A DNA stretch of 64,000 nucleotides, from contig MCFE01000174.1 of the NCBI GenBank assembly GCA_002104905.1, positions 1-64,000 on the forward strand, read 5' to 3'. Positions 25,433 to 36,972 of this stretch are shown here, one piece after another. The notes beneath the pieces were generated by a model. That model was given only the letters and a program-made list of their open reading frames with translations, was not told the DNA's origin and searched no databases. Every line of letters starts with the position of its first letter. The stretch's first letter is position 1. Position numbers and translations under genes: made by a program. This DNA is from Basidiobolus meristosporus CBS 931.73 (lineage: Eukaryota > Fungi > Basidiobolomycota).

Positions 25433-27653
25433 TGTTGTAACAATTGGGAAATTCACCTAAATATTCACCTAACTTGGTCACTTAGATCATTACCTTCAAA
25501 TCCTAGAGAATACTGACCAAATTCCTTGTTAGGATTCACTTGGAATATTTTCACTAAAATATCAGGTACCCTGAACATGAAAATTCTTGAAATTGTCCAA
25601 ACAGCCCCCAGCTTTGAACACAAATTCTTGGCACCTTACTAAGCCTATACTGTCTATTTGCCATGCCAAGACTAAGTAAAAGTACACATACTACTTTTAC
25701 ATCCAATAAGTCATTAGACTTGTTCCATCATTCCAGCTGATCATAGTGCCCAATAGTGCCATAGCATGCCAGATGGTGCCTGATCATGCCACAGAGTGCC
25801 AGATGGTGCCATACAGTGCCAATTTGGGATCAAAATCAACATGCATATGACCCTAAAATTTCAAATTAATAACAAAATATACATCACTCTCTGGCACTAT
25901 GATCAATGGCACAATGCAACAGGTCTATAATGTGAAAACCAAATAATCTACTTCTCCTTCCAATCACTTCCAATATCTTGAGTACTCTTAAAATAGGTCA
26001 TGAGCCCCAAGCTGCCACTTTCTGCAATATTTACTATTGCTATTACTGGAATTTTTTGTTCTGTTGAGAAGTTGAATGGATCTAACAACCAAGTGTCAAA
26101 GGTGGAGATGAAGATGCTGCTACATGGAAGAGGCCTTTGGGATATTGTCATGGGAGAAGAAAGCCGTTTAAAGAATGTGGGAGAGGAAGCCTTAAAGTAC
26201 CAGAAGAAAGAACAAAGTGCCTTTAACTGCATATGCCTTAATGTCAAAGACTAATTGCTAATTCAATGTTCAAGAGCAAAACAGCAAAGAATGCCTGTAA
26301 GGCATTAGAAGACACCTACCAGTCATGTGCAGCTGCTAAGAAAATGTATCTTAGACAAAATTCTTTACTACCAAGATGCTGCCAGGAGAAGAAATGAATA
26401 ATCTAATTAACAGAATTACCCTGCTGGTGGATGAGATGGAATCTGTGGGTGTACCAACTACTGATGAGGATATGATAGTCACCATCCTGCATAGCCTGAC
26501 AGACAAGTTTCAGGGCCTTGTATCAGCCCAGAGTCCAGAACTGAAGATTTAACCTTGAATTATGTATATGGGAGGCTCCTGGATGAAAAATTCAGATAAA
26601 TCAAGCACCAATAAGAAGGAAGAAGAAAATGCTTTAATAAGCAATGACAACCAGCAAAGGATATACCCAAGACCTTTCAAAGGCAATAGCAACCTGTTTT
26701 ATAACTACTGCAAAAGGAAAGGACACAAATCACACTGGTGCTTGGAAAAGAGAGATAGATCACAGAAAAAGCCTGAATATGAAAATGCCACAACAACTGA
26801 AGATAGACAACTTATATCTGCACTAAATACAACCACAAACAAGTAGTCTTGGATGTGGTACATAGACTCTGGAGCATCTCAGCACTTTATACACCAAATA
26901 GAACCTTTTACACCATATGAAGAAATTCCACTTAAGAAGGTTTTGATGGGTGATGATAGAACACTTGATGCAGTAGGAGAAGGAACTATCCAAGTAAACC
27001 TAAGAAGCAGTAAAGATAGCTATACACTGACCTTTAAAGAAGTGCTCTATGTATCAGAAATAGTCAAGAACCTACCATCTGTAAGCAAGGACACAGCAGA
27101 AGGACTTGGTTTCAACTCTGACAATTCTGGATGCAGGATCACTGATCAAAATGTTGCTCATACTGCGTAGGGTATCAGAGATCTGAATCTGTATAAGTGA
27201 CTTATATCTCATCATAACTAGAAGCCAATATAAGTAACTTAAATGAAGAAACATCAATGCTTTAGCACAGAAGATTTGGACACATCAATTTTGATTATTT
27301 GCGCAATATGATCCAAGATCAGCTAATTTCAGGAGTAAAAATTGATCCCCAGCTAATTTGGGGCACTTTGAAGCCTGCATATATGGGAAACAAGCCAGAT
27401 AATTGCTCAAGAGCTCTGGGTTAATCAAACCTAAGAAAAAATGGATCTATTTAACTCAGAACTGTGTGGACCTATGCAGAATTTATTGTTAGGCAGAATG
27501 GGGTATTTAATCACTTTCATTGGTGATTATACAAGAAACATGTGGGTCTACTTCATGGAGAGAAAAGAAGTAGCTCTGTCTAAGTTCAGGGAGTTTAAAG
27601 TCATGGTGGAGAGAGAAACTGGTGGAAAAATCAAGAAAATACGCTCTGACAAT
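25433..27653 (+). mobile_element. Ty1/copia element, 5' part: LTR 25433-25995 (with MITE), PBS 25996-26008, gag-zinc knuckle-protease-start of integrase; truncated by a CACTA-like element
   Basis: GGTCATGAGCCCC follows the LTR. Motifs EKLNGSN...KMLLHGRGLWDIV, CNYCKRKGHKSHWC-like knuckle, WYIDSGASQH, SELCGPM...YLITFIGDYTR...KKIRSDN. Many stops and frameshifts. Confidence 0.92.
25716..25926. mobile_element. 211-bp Harbinger-family MITE, copy 1 (in a copia LTR)
   Basis: TIR AGACTTGTTCCAT / ATGCAACAGGTCT; near-identical to 32578-32788 and 40198-40408. Confidence 0.88.
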
Positions 27654-28144
27654 CCCTAAGAAAAATAATTTGGTCTTGTGGGTGGATCCAATCTGGATCA
27701 GCTATCAGGATCTTGTTTGGAGACCATCATAATACCAGCAGCTTGGAATTAGTGACCCTCTTAAAATCTTACAATGGGATCACAATGGTGTTTGGCTTAT
27801 TGTACTGCCAAATAAAGATAAAAAACTTGACAGGGCTTGATTGTTGCTGTAGCAATAATTGTGTAGCATTGTTGCAGTCTTAATGCACTATACAGCTAAT
27901 TTAAATGAATCTAACTGGCCAGTACATCCAGTTGCATTATATGGCAAAAACTTGACAGTATTTTGACAGCCTCATTGCAAGTCTTCAATGGCATTATTAT
28001 GGCAGTATTGCGGCCTACAGCTAGTTCTGTACAATGCTACCATACCAATTTACTAAATGGTATTTCCTTTCTCTACCTCCCCTTGTGCAATTCATGTATT
28101 CCACGGTAGAATCACCTTTCTTTATTTGCTTACCCATTACTACC

Positions 28145-30332
28145 TTAGGTATTCCACATATAGCTTGAATAAAAAAAAACTATGGCCTCCTGCTTACTAG
28201 CCTCTATAAACATGTGCACCTGCCACAATTGACATACTTCTATCACCTGAACTTTACAGCTTTTTAGTGTGATACTTGCAAAGTTACCATATACCTTGTA
28301 CTGCTGGTAACAAATACATGTTGCAAACATATGCTTGGTTGTCACCACTTCTGCCATGAATAGCTCCTGAATATCAGCAAAGAACTTCTTGGTATTTAGC
28401 CAATATATTCCTTCTCTCTGCTGGATTCTAGTCCCCCATATAGGTGCACTCTGACTTTTATTTGTGTGAGCTCTGTACTGAATGGTGTAGAAGTTGACTT
28501 GTAACCATGAGAAATCCAGCATACCTTGGTAGTGATTTCCTGACAAAAATTAGTTGCTTGTTGCACCCAACCCAACTTTACATTACTTAACTGATTACCC
28601 ATGCATTGGGGCTGCTTAGCTTCTTAATGCCATAGGCATAGGTGTCTCCATGCGCACATTTGTCCCCAGTATTTTTCAACTCTTTCTGGCTGTCCTCAAT
28701 GTGCCAACTCATCACATCCATGATGGACTTGAAGGTTATATTCTTGATGAGATTGGGATATGATAGTACTTGCAACTTGACTTGTCTTCCTATCTCCCCA
28801 CACATCTGCTCCATAGGAAACTCTCAAAAGGTGAAGCAAAGCCCAATATTCCCCACACACCCTGCTAGATGGAGAAGAGAATGGATACAGTGGCACCAGA
28901 GATTTATGTGTTCAGCTTTATGTTTGTAATATAGCCACTCAAATCCCATCACAAACTCCTCACACCACAGCTGTAGATGTGTCAGGTGGGCATTAGTGAT
29001 CCACTTCTGGATAAATATTCCTACAATATCCACATAAGACTCCAATGCTTCCAATGTACTCTTGGTGGGAATGGCTTCAGAATTCCACTAAAATAAATAC
29101 ATATCCCGTTCATCCAGTCTTTGCATTTGTATTGTTGAATATGCATATGAATAATAATTGGAGCCTGTGAGAAGTACTTAGGGTAGCAGATACTCTGTAA
29201 TATCTTGTCAATTCTTTCAAATTTCTCTGGTATCTCAAAGGGCTTGTTCAGCTTGAAATGCCTCAAGTACAACTTGGTCATCAGTATAGGGATATTAGAC
29301 ATATTTTGTTGGCTAAGCCCTTGCTTCTTAGCTGCTTGTAATATTTGCCATTGAATATATTGGATATGTATGTGCTTGATTGATACTGAGTGCGGTACTC
29401 TATAGCTTTGCAATATTTGTTGGACTGCATCAGCTTCCTCAGACAGGACATGACCGGAATATATCTGGAGTGTGAACAATGTTTTCCCTCAATGATGGTA
29501 GATTCCTGAAAATTTGGACATGTTGCAATGGTGGCATTTTTGGATGTGAATGCCATGCAACTGTTAACTCATGCTGGAGTCAGGACAGTCTCTGGATCAT
29601 ATGTTGCCAGCTGCATGATGGTTGTCCACTTGTACCTTGTATATGGTAAGTTGCATCCTGGTATGATTTTGGCAAGAAGTAGTTATACATCCTCAAAGAC
29701 CCCATTACTGATATCAGTGGAAACACACCACTTCTCTGGCCACAGCACTACATTATTCACCAGTAGATGGATTACTGGGCTCACTTGGCTCCATAAAGTA
29801 TACTTGACATTTGTTTTAACAGGTGTTGTCTCATTGCATATAGGGATTTGACCAGGCTTGTACATGGTACTGTTGTTAGAGGTGATGGGCTCAAAATCTA
29901 CCAGTGAACCTTCTTTGTCAGAGCTATCACTCTACATGCCAGATTCAGAAGGCCAAGGTGAATCTAAAGGTGTCACAAACTCACCTGACTCAGTTTGCGC
30001 AAGGTGACAAAGATGGCCATGTGCCAATATAGAAGTATCAACTGGCTGGCAAGATATTGTTGGTACAGGAGTGACTAATGAATGGTCAGATATGACTTAG
30101 GTAGCAAAACACTGGCTGTGATCCTTGCAATACTTCCTATGCTGTCTCTGTGCTTCATTGCTGAGAGGCTTGCCACAATAGCCACATGGTCCTTTTCCTC
30201 TTCTCTTATGGTGTTGTGTCAAAATAGTCTTGTCCATGGGGCAAACAGTTTGACCTTCAACAACATAACGCTATTATATCCCTTCTTGGTCAATACTCAT
30301 ATGATCTTAAGACAGTCTTGTATTTGAGACAT
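28145..30332 (-). pseudogene. Tnp2-family (CACTA/EnSpm-type) transposase, degenerate
   Basis: Motifs VNSCMAFT...CP, YIPVMSCL, NIFNGKYYKQL, YKCKDWMN..CIY, FEWLYY...CIHSLLHLAGCV.NIG.CFTF*EFPMEQMCGEIG match the fungal Tnp2-type pattern as I recall it. The central core appears shortened. Confidence 0.75.
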
Positions 30333-30459
30333 TGCACCTACATAAATGTAAGATTCAATGATGATCCGCCATAGTAAGCATTATAAATAAAGTTGTGGCA
30401 CCACATACACATGTATATGTAACACTATTTCCCCTTTGGTTTGACTCACTTCCATATAT

Positions 30460-31790
30460 ATGCCGCCAAAAAATAAGGCAGAGTTGGCTGGTCCTCAACA
30501 AAAGCCTAAAATCAAAAGACATTGAAGATCCATGAAGCCATTGAGTGCAATAATGGAGAGTGGGCTAATAATCAGGAGGCTGTCAGAAGTCTATCACTCC
30601 ATCACCTTAAGGCTGGCATACCATGGGACCATCAGGAACTCAAGGCCAAGCAGAATATGCTTGACTTGGTCTATGAGTATTATCCTGGATTCAAACAGGC
30701 AAACAGATTTTGAGCCAGCATTGGTACGCTAAGAGAGTATCTTAAGAATAGCAGAGCCTATCAGAGGCAGAAGAACAAGGATGCCATTGCTAAAAACCAG
30801 CGGCTTCCTCAAGAGCCTGTTACAAGCAGCGCCAAAGGCTCCAGAAAAGCATCAATGAGATGTCAGGTAGCTGGAAGAGTGCCAATTAGAGTCAAGCAGG
30901 CAGACATGGATGCACCAGCACAACATTTATTGAGGAAAAAGCGTAGTACCACACAGGAAGCACCCCGTCAAAGTAGCAGTCAAGGACCTGGTAGTGATAA
31001 AAACCAGCCGCTTATACTGGAACCTGTGACAAGTACGGTCAAGAACTCAAAACAAGCTGAAAAGAAAGGTCAGGTTGCCAGAAGAGTGCCAGCAAGGGAC
31101 AAGCAGGCCAAAATAGATGCGTCAGACCAGAATTTATCCAGGAGAAAGAGAAGTTCTTCACAAGAAGCACTCAGACAAAGTAGCAGTGAAAGACCAGGCA
31201 GTAACAAAGGAAACAATAGAGGGAAAAATGTCTACTCCAGCCTAAGACAGAGAGGCATGCAAAAAACTGCAGTTCTTGCCAATTAATGCTGCAAGCCAGG
31301 AAAAGAGTGAGTCCCATCATAGCCAAGAAGAATTACCAACAAGAAACCAGCTGTTTTCACAAATGTTGGATGAGCAGCCAGTTGAGCTACACTCAGTGAG
31401 GTAGATGAGTTTGCTCATGAAGTCAATTTGTCCACCACAGCCTCCACATCCTCCTGTGTAAACAGAGTAGAGATCCCACTGATAGACAAGGCTACAGCGT
31501 AAAGAGCTTGAAAGACTATCATAATGCCCTCAGTAGAGTTTTGGAACATTAATAGGCACACCAAGAGGTTGCAGCACTTCTTCAAGAGCAGTGCGCAAGA
31601 AAACGCACTGGAATATTGCAAGGACTTATTGCAAAGAGAGGCATATGAGGTGCTAGGCCTTGCAGTGCTGGCTGAAGAACAGGAAGTGCTGGAACCAGTT
31701 AATGAACAGTGGCATAAAGCCATTGGGTTCTGGCCAAAGTTGTGGAAACAGAGTATTACAGCAGAAGTACTTATTGAGTGTGGATTTTAA
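30460..31790 (+). pseudogene. Accessory ORF2 of the CACTA-like element, degenerate
   Basis: EWANNQEAVRSLSLHHLKAGIPWDHQELKAKQNMLDLVYEYYPGFKQAN, then a basic low-complexity tract, then VEFWNINRHTKRLQHFFKSS. Repeated at 37.1-40.6 kb and 45.3/55.9 kb. Confidence 0.65.
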
Positions 31791-32233
31791 TGGAGTTACT
31801 TGTTGAGTGTTGGGTTGGGCTTAATGTTAGTGTAGGGTATAGGGACTTGTATAAGTCAATACAATTGGCAATTGAGGTACAACTGAAGTTTCAATGGAAA
31901 TAAATCAATTTTTTTGCATGAAAAGTAAGAGAAATAGTTCAGTCAGGAAGTAAGGAGTGTGCAAATGAGGCAATAGCCAATCAATGCACACAAATGTAGG
32001 AGGCAATAGAGTGTCTTGGATCAGAAAGTGAGCAAATTGGCAGGGAACCAATCAAAAGCCACTTATAGATTGTTGTGATGAAAAATTTTGACCAAGTTTT
32101 TTGTGAAATCTGGGGTGCATTATTTTTCAACGGTCTTTGGATGGTGTCCTGATGGGATCACTACCTCTTAGTCATGGGACTTTAACTTTGTGATGGCCTT
32201 TTGACAGGATCATCACAATAATTTATCATAGGG

Positions 32234-32575
32234 CCTGATATTACTTAGATCAAAAATTTAGTGATCACTGATTTGCAATGGCTTAATTTGGATCTCAAAA
32301 ACAAATTCATTGATTGGATCATGACAAGTAATAGTAACACAATGCAATTGCATCATCTTCTCCTAGGTTTTTTTCTCACAGCAATTACTACTGAAGTGTT
32401 TGGTAGTGATTCACTATGCATCAGTAGTAATCCCTGTGCAAAAAAAGCCTAGGAGAAGATGGTGCAATTGCATTGAATTGCTATTATTTGTAATGATCCA
32501 AACAATGCATTTTTTTTGCAATCTGCATTGAGCCATTGCAAATCAGTGATCACTAAATTTTTGATATAAGCAATA
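32234..32575. repeat. Local inverted duplication (~150-bp arms, ~40-bp spacer)
   Basis: TTAGATCAAAAATTTAGTGATCACTGATTTGCAATGGCT (~32235) pairs with AGCCATTGCAAATCAGTGATCACTAAATTTTTGATATAA (~32530). AATTGCATCATCTTCTCCTAGG pairs with CCTAGGAGAAGATGGTGCAATT. Confidence 0.75.
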
Positions 32576-33398
32576 TTGGTCTTGTTCCATCATTCCAGCT
32601 GATCATAGTGCCTAATAGTGCCATAGCATGCTAGATGGTGCCTGATCATGCCATAGAGTGCCAGATGGTGCCAAACAGTGCCAATTTGGGATCAGAATTG
32701 ACATACATATGACCCTGAAATATCAAATTAATAACAAAATATACAGCACTCTCTGGCTCTATGATCAATGACACAATGGAACAAGTCTATTAAGGTTGTC
32801 CCACATTTGAGACAGGACCCCTATAAATAAACACCCTGCATGTGTATACCTCATCTATGCCACCAGTGCAGTAATTTGATTGGATTTGTACCCATACAAT
32901 TGGTTGTGTTCTAGCTATGACACCTTGTCCAATCACTAGGATCAGGGATTTACTTGCTTAATGGGCAAAATGGAATATTTGATGGAAAATCAGGTAGCTT
33001 GTGTATTGGCCAAAGAGCCAACTGGGGGCTGACAGCTTCAGGATACTCTTGGACCAATTAACCACTGAGATACCATCCAATTGGAGTGATGGTAACCAAA
33101 AGGTAAGTATTAGTGTAGTTTATAGTGTGCTATGCATCTATTTCCATTTACATTAAAGAAACATATCCAAATACCGGATTTTACCTACCATAATAGCAGT
33201 ATCCAATCATGTACATGATGCAAACATTATAAGTGGGCACAATCATTTGTGCCAACCTCATTGTGTCAGATTGCCCCACATGGTGCAAAATTGTCCAAGA
33301 GCAATCCTGCCTACTGGTAGCTACAATATTCTGCCCAATTGCTCTTTGAGACCGTGGATCATACCGTGTGCCCTGGCATGGTACAATGGAACAAGTCT
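32430..33398. mobile_element. Terminal segment of the Harbinger-like family, inverted relative to the adjacent transposase
   Basis: Homologous to ~55150-55885 and ends in ATGGAACAAGTCT. Contains MITE copy 2. Confidence 0.75.
32578..32788. mobile_element. 211-bp Harbinger-family MITE, copy 2
   Basis: Family TIR with a degenerate left end (GGTCTTGTTCCAT). TSD ATT, supported by comparison with the uninterrupted sequence near 55295. Confidence 0.88.
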
Positions 33399-33656
33399 AT
33401 TGTGCACAATGCATCTTAGATTGCATTGTCACAGATTGGATCACATCAATTGCAGATTTCCTATTTGATTATTGGCTTGTGAGTAATGCATCAATAAAAA
33501 TACCAAGTCATTGTTTGAAGATGATTTTGCAACAGAATGATAGGATTCATGGCAATTGATAGAGATTAAAGCATATTGCATGGAAAATCAGATAAATAAA
33601 GCTGATTGCACCAAATTGATTAAATCCCCTCTGCCCAATTACCTACCAATTTGAAT

Positions 33657-34508
33657 ATGACTTACTCATCTGAATGGTCTTTTCTCATCAATTCCATCAC
33701 TACCATTGGATTTCCTTTTGACACACTAGAGGAGATCTATACCAAGTACTGTGGTCCATCTACCCCACTCTACTCAAGGAGATACCTTGTTAAGCTGCTC
33801 TGCTATTACAAAAACTATTGCCCCACAAGGTTTCATCCCACTATCTATGGCAACAAAAGTCCTAGAATCTTACATTCCCAGCTGAAAGAAATGGAGAACC
33901 TCCTTGCAGAGGGTATGAATGACTTAGAGCAAGCCTGGAATACTAGGTTCAGATGCTCCAGTAGACTTTCATATCCCAGAGTGTTCAGCAACAGGTTCCA
34001 TATAAGGAATATTTTGGATACCTTCCCAGTCAGGATTAACAGACCTTCTAAAGGGCAGAGGCACTTTTATTTTGGCAAGTACAAGGCACACTGTGCAAAG
34101 TTTCAAGCACTGTCAGACATTGAGGGTAACATCTTCTGGTTTAGTGGGTCATTTGCTGGAAATAGGCATGACAAAGAACTCTGGGTAGAGAATCATTCCA
34201 AAATCAGTGGAAGGGAGAGATGTATAGCAGACTTAGCATATATAGGAGAGGATTGTCAGAGATTAGGATGTATTGCAGCTTATAGGAAGCCAAGGAATAG
34301 TGTGCTTAGCAGGAAGCAAAAGCTCTACAATGCAATACTTAATCATTTCAGAGTGAGGGTAGAGCATACATTTGGATATCTGAAGTGATTCAGCATATTG
34401 GCAGGTAAATACATAGGAAAGTCATATATAGGAGAAAACAGCAGAATAGGTAAAATAATTGAATACCTATTAATGCACAGTATTTTCATACAGGAAGACA
34501 TCCACTGA
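33657..34508 (+). pseudogene. PIF/Harbinger-like DDE transposase (DDE_Tnp_4 type), copy 1; element's right TIR ends at 37095
   Basis: ILDTFPVRINRP...YFGKYKAHCAKFQ...GNRHDK...CIADLAYIG...YRKPR...QKLYN...RVRVEHTFGYLK*FSIL. In-frame TGA at 34386. The 3' end resumes after the mini-copia and ends in TAGAACAAGTCT at 37095. Confidence 0.9.
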
Positions 34509-34602
34509 GAAATGTGTCTGGAGCATTATGAAAAGTAAATGAACAAAAAAAGCACTATTCTGAGCAACATAGGTACAATTGAGTAAGATTACCAGTAACT
34601 AT

Positions 34603-36972
34603 TGTAGTAAGAGTCTTGGAGATACTGGAAGTGATTGGGAGGACAAGTATATTATGTGGTTTTCACTTGATGATTTATTGAATGTAAAAGTAGTGTTTAT
34701 ATATTTACATGGTCTGGGCATAACAAACATGCAGAAAAGGCTAAGGAAGGTCCCAAGAACTTGTGTGGAAAGTTTGGGGCTGTTTGGATAACATTGAGAA
34801 TTTTCATGTTCTAGGTACCTGGTGTTTTGGTGAAGATATTCCAAGTAAATCCTGACAAAGAATTTGGTGAGTTTTCTCTAGGACTCAAAGGTAATGTTCT
34901 AAGTGACTAAGTTAGGTGAGTATTTATGTGGATTTACAAATTTTTACAACACCCCCACTCAGCTAAATGCTCATACTGATTAGTCCTAATTTTGACCTAA
35001 GATATTCAAACTTGTCTCTAGCTAATGGATTGGTAAATATGTCTGCTATCATATCATCTGAAGGACAGTAAACAAAGCTAACTAAGTTATTTCTATAGCT
35101 TCACATATGAAATGATGTCTAATATCTATGTGCTTAGTTCTAGCAGGAAAAGTTGGATTTCTACCTAATTGTATGCATCCTTGATTTTCTTGAAATAAAG
35201 TAACAGGTGTTTTTTGACATAGGTCTAAATCTGCAAGAAGCTTTCTGAACTACATTGCTTTTTTTGTAGATTTGCAGGCTGCCATATACTCTGCCTCTGT
35301 GGTGGAAAGTGCTATGGTTGGTTGCTTTCTTGAATTGCATGAAATTGCTCCTTTTCAGCAAAGATAGGTGTATCCTGTGGTGGATCTTCTGTCTTCCAAA
35401 TTTTGTCCCCAATCAGCATCAGAGCATCCCACAAGATCCTGTTCTGAAGCCTTATAAGTGTATCTTATGCAGATATTAGCAGTTCCTTTTAGATATCTAA
35501 AAATCCGCTTTGTAGTAAAGGATTTTTATCTCAGATACATTTTCTTAGCAGTCAAACATGACTGGTAGGTGTCTTCTAATGCCTCCCAGGCATTCTTTGC
35601 TGTTTTTGCTCTTGAGCATTAAATTAGCAGTTTGTCTTTAACATTCAGGTAAATGCAGTTAGTGGCACTTTGTTCTTTCTTCTGGTACTTTAAGGATTCC
35701 TTTCCCATGTTTTTAGGAGGGCATTCTTCTCCCATGACAATATCTCCAAGGCCTCTTTCTTATAGCAGTATCTTCAGCTCTACCTTCCACACTTGGTAGT
35801 TAGATCCATCCAACTTTTCAGCAGAGGGAAAATTCCAGTAATAGCAGTAGTAGACATTGCAGGGAGTGACAGCTTGGGGCTCATATCCTGTTGTAAAGTT
35901 TTGGAGATATTGGAAGTGATTGGGAGGACAAGTAGATTATGTGGTTTTCACTTAATGATTTATTGAATGTAAAAGTAGTATTTATACTTTTACATGGTCT
36001 TGGCATAACAAGCACATGAATAGGATAAGGAAGGTCCCAAGAACTTGTGTGCAAAGTTTGGGGCTGTTTAGACAACTTTGAGAATTTTCATGTTCTGGGT
36101 ACTTGGTATGTTGGTGAAAATATTATCAGTAAATCCCAACAAAGAATTTGGTCAGTATTTTCTAGGATTTGAAGGTAATAATCTAGACTTGTTCCGTTGG
36201 ATAGTGCCACATTGAGCCATGAGTGCCAAATGATGCCATAGTGTGCCAGAGAGGTCAAGTGAGCCTATACTTGGCCACAGAGTGTGAAACATAGCTCTGC
36301 ATCTTCATGTAAAGCAGCCCCTGTGTTTCACCCATTGTGCAGGAGAAAATCCATTTTTTGACCTTTTTTTGTGGATTAATGTAGCTCAGGATGTGTAAGA
36401 GCACAGGAGAACTGAAGATCTGCATCTGGTACTCAATACCCATGGCACTCTGAATCTAGCTCCTGTAGCTTGTATCATGTCACAAAAATGAATGGCACTA
36501 TCTTGGTCCACTGGTACTATCTGGCACTAAAAGTGCTTTGTATAGATCTTACTTTAGGGCTAATATTTAAATTTAGTGCCAGATATTACCAGTGGACCAA
36601 GATAGTGCCATTCATTTTTGTGGTATGATACAAGCTACAGGAGCTAGATTCAGAGTGCCATGGGTATTGAGTACCAGATGCAGATCTTCAATCTGCTTGT
36701 ACTCTAATACATCCTGCACAACATTGATCCAAAAAAAAAGATCAAAAAATGGATTTTCTCCAACACAATGGGTGAAACACAGGGGCTGCTTTGCATGAAG
36801 ATGCAGAGCTATGTTTCACACTCTGTGGCCAGGTAGAGGCTCAATTGGCCTCTCTGGCACACTATGGCATCATTTGGCACTCATGGCTCAATGTGGCACT
36901 ATCCAATGGAACAAGTCTTCTATGTTAACAAGTTAGGTGAATATTTAGGTGGAATTACAAATTTTTACAATA
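34603..36972 (-). mobile_element. Internally deleted mini-copia: 5' LTR 36972-35889 (with foldback insertion), PBS, gag N-terminus, RNase H, PPT, 3' LTR 34951-34603
   Basis: Perfect TSD ACTAT on both sides; GGATATGAGCCCC after the 5' LTR; GCSDADWG...RRSTTGY...ALSTTEAEY...RTKHIDIRHH...IADIFT RNase H; AGTGGGGG PPT next to the 3' LTR. Internal region is only 937 bp. Confidence 0.9.
36185..36918. mobile_element. Foldback (palindromic) Harbinger-family element, 734 bp
   Basis: Arms 36185-36530 and 36573-36918 are imperfect reverse complements around a 42-bp spacer. Family TIR; TSD TCT. Confidence 0.9.

Larger units (their letters stand above)
27654..32233. mobile_element. CACTA/EnSpm-like DNA transposon with CCCTA termini, internally deleted (~4.6 kb)
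   Basis: Left end CCCTAAGAAAAATAATTTGG starts exactly where the copia integrase breaks. The right end reverse-complements to CCCTATGATAAATTATTGTG. Holds two divergent degenerate ORFs. No TSD seen. Confidence 0.7.

Noticed and set aside
25735-25820. Short periodic repeats as a CRISPR-like array
   Set aside because: The period is only 10 bp, it lies inside a MITE, there are no cas genes, and the context is eukaryotic.
36255-36798. Small ORFs in the foldback elements (also 43851-44057)
   Set aside because: They are mirror-image by-products of the palindromic arms with no conserved frame between copies.
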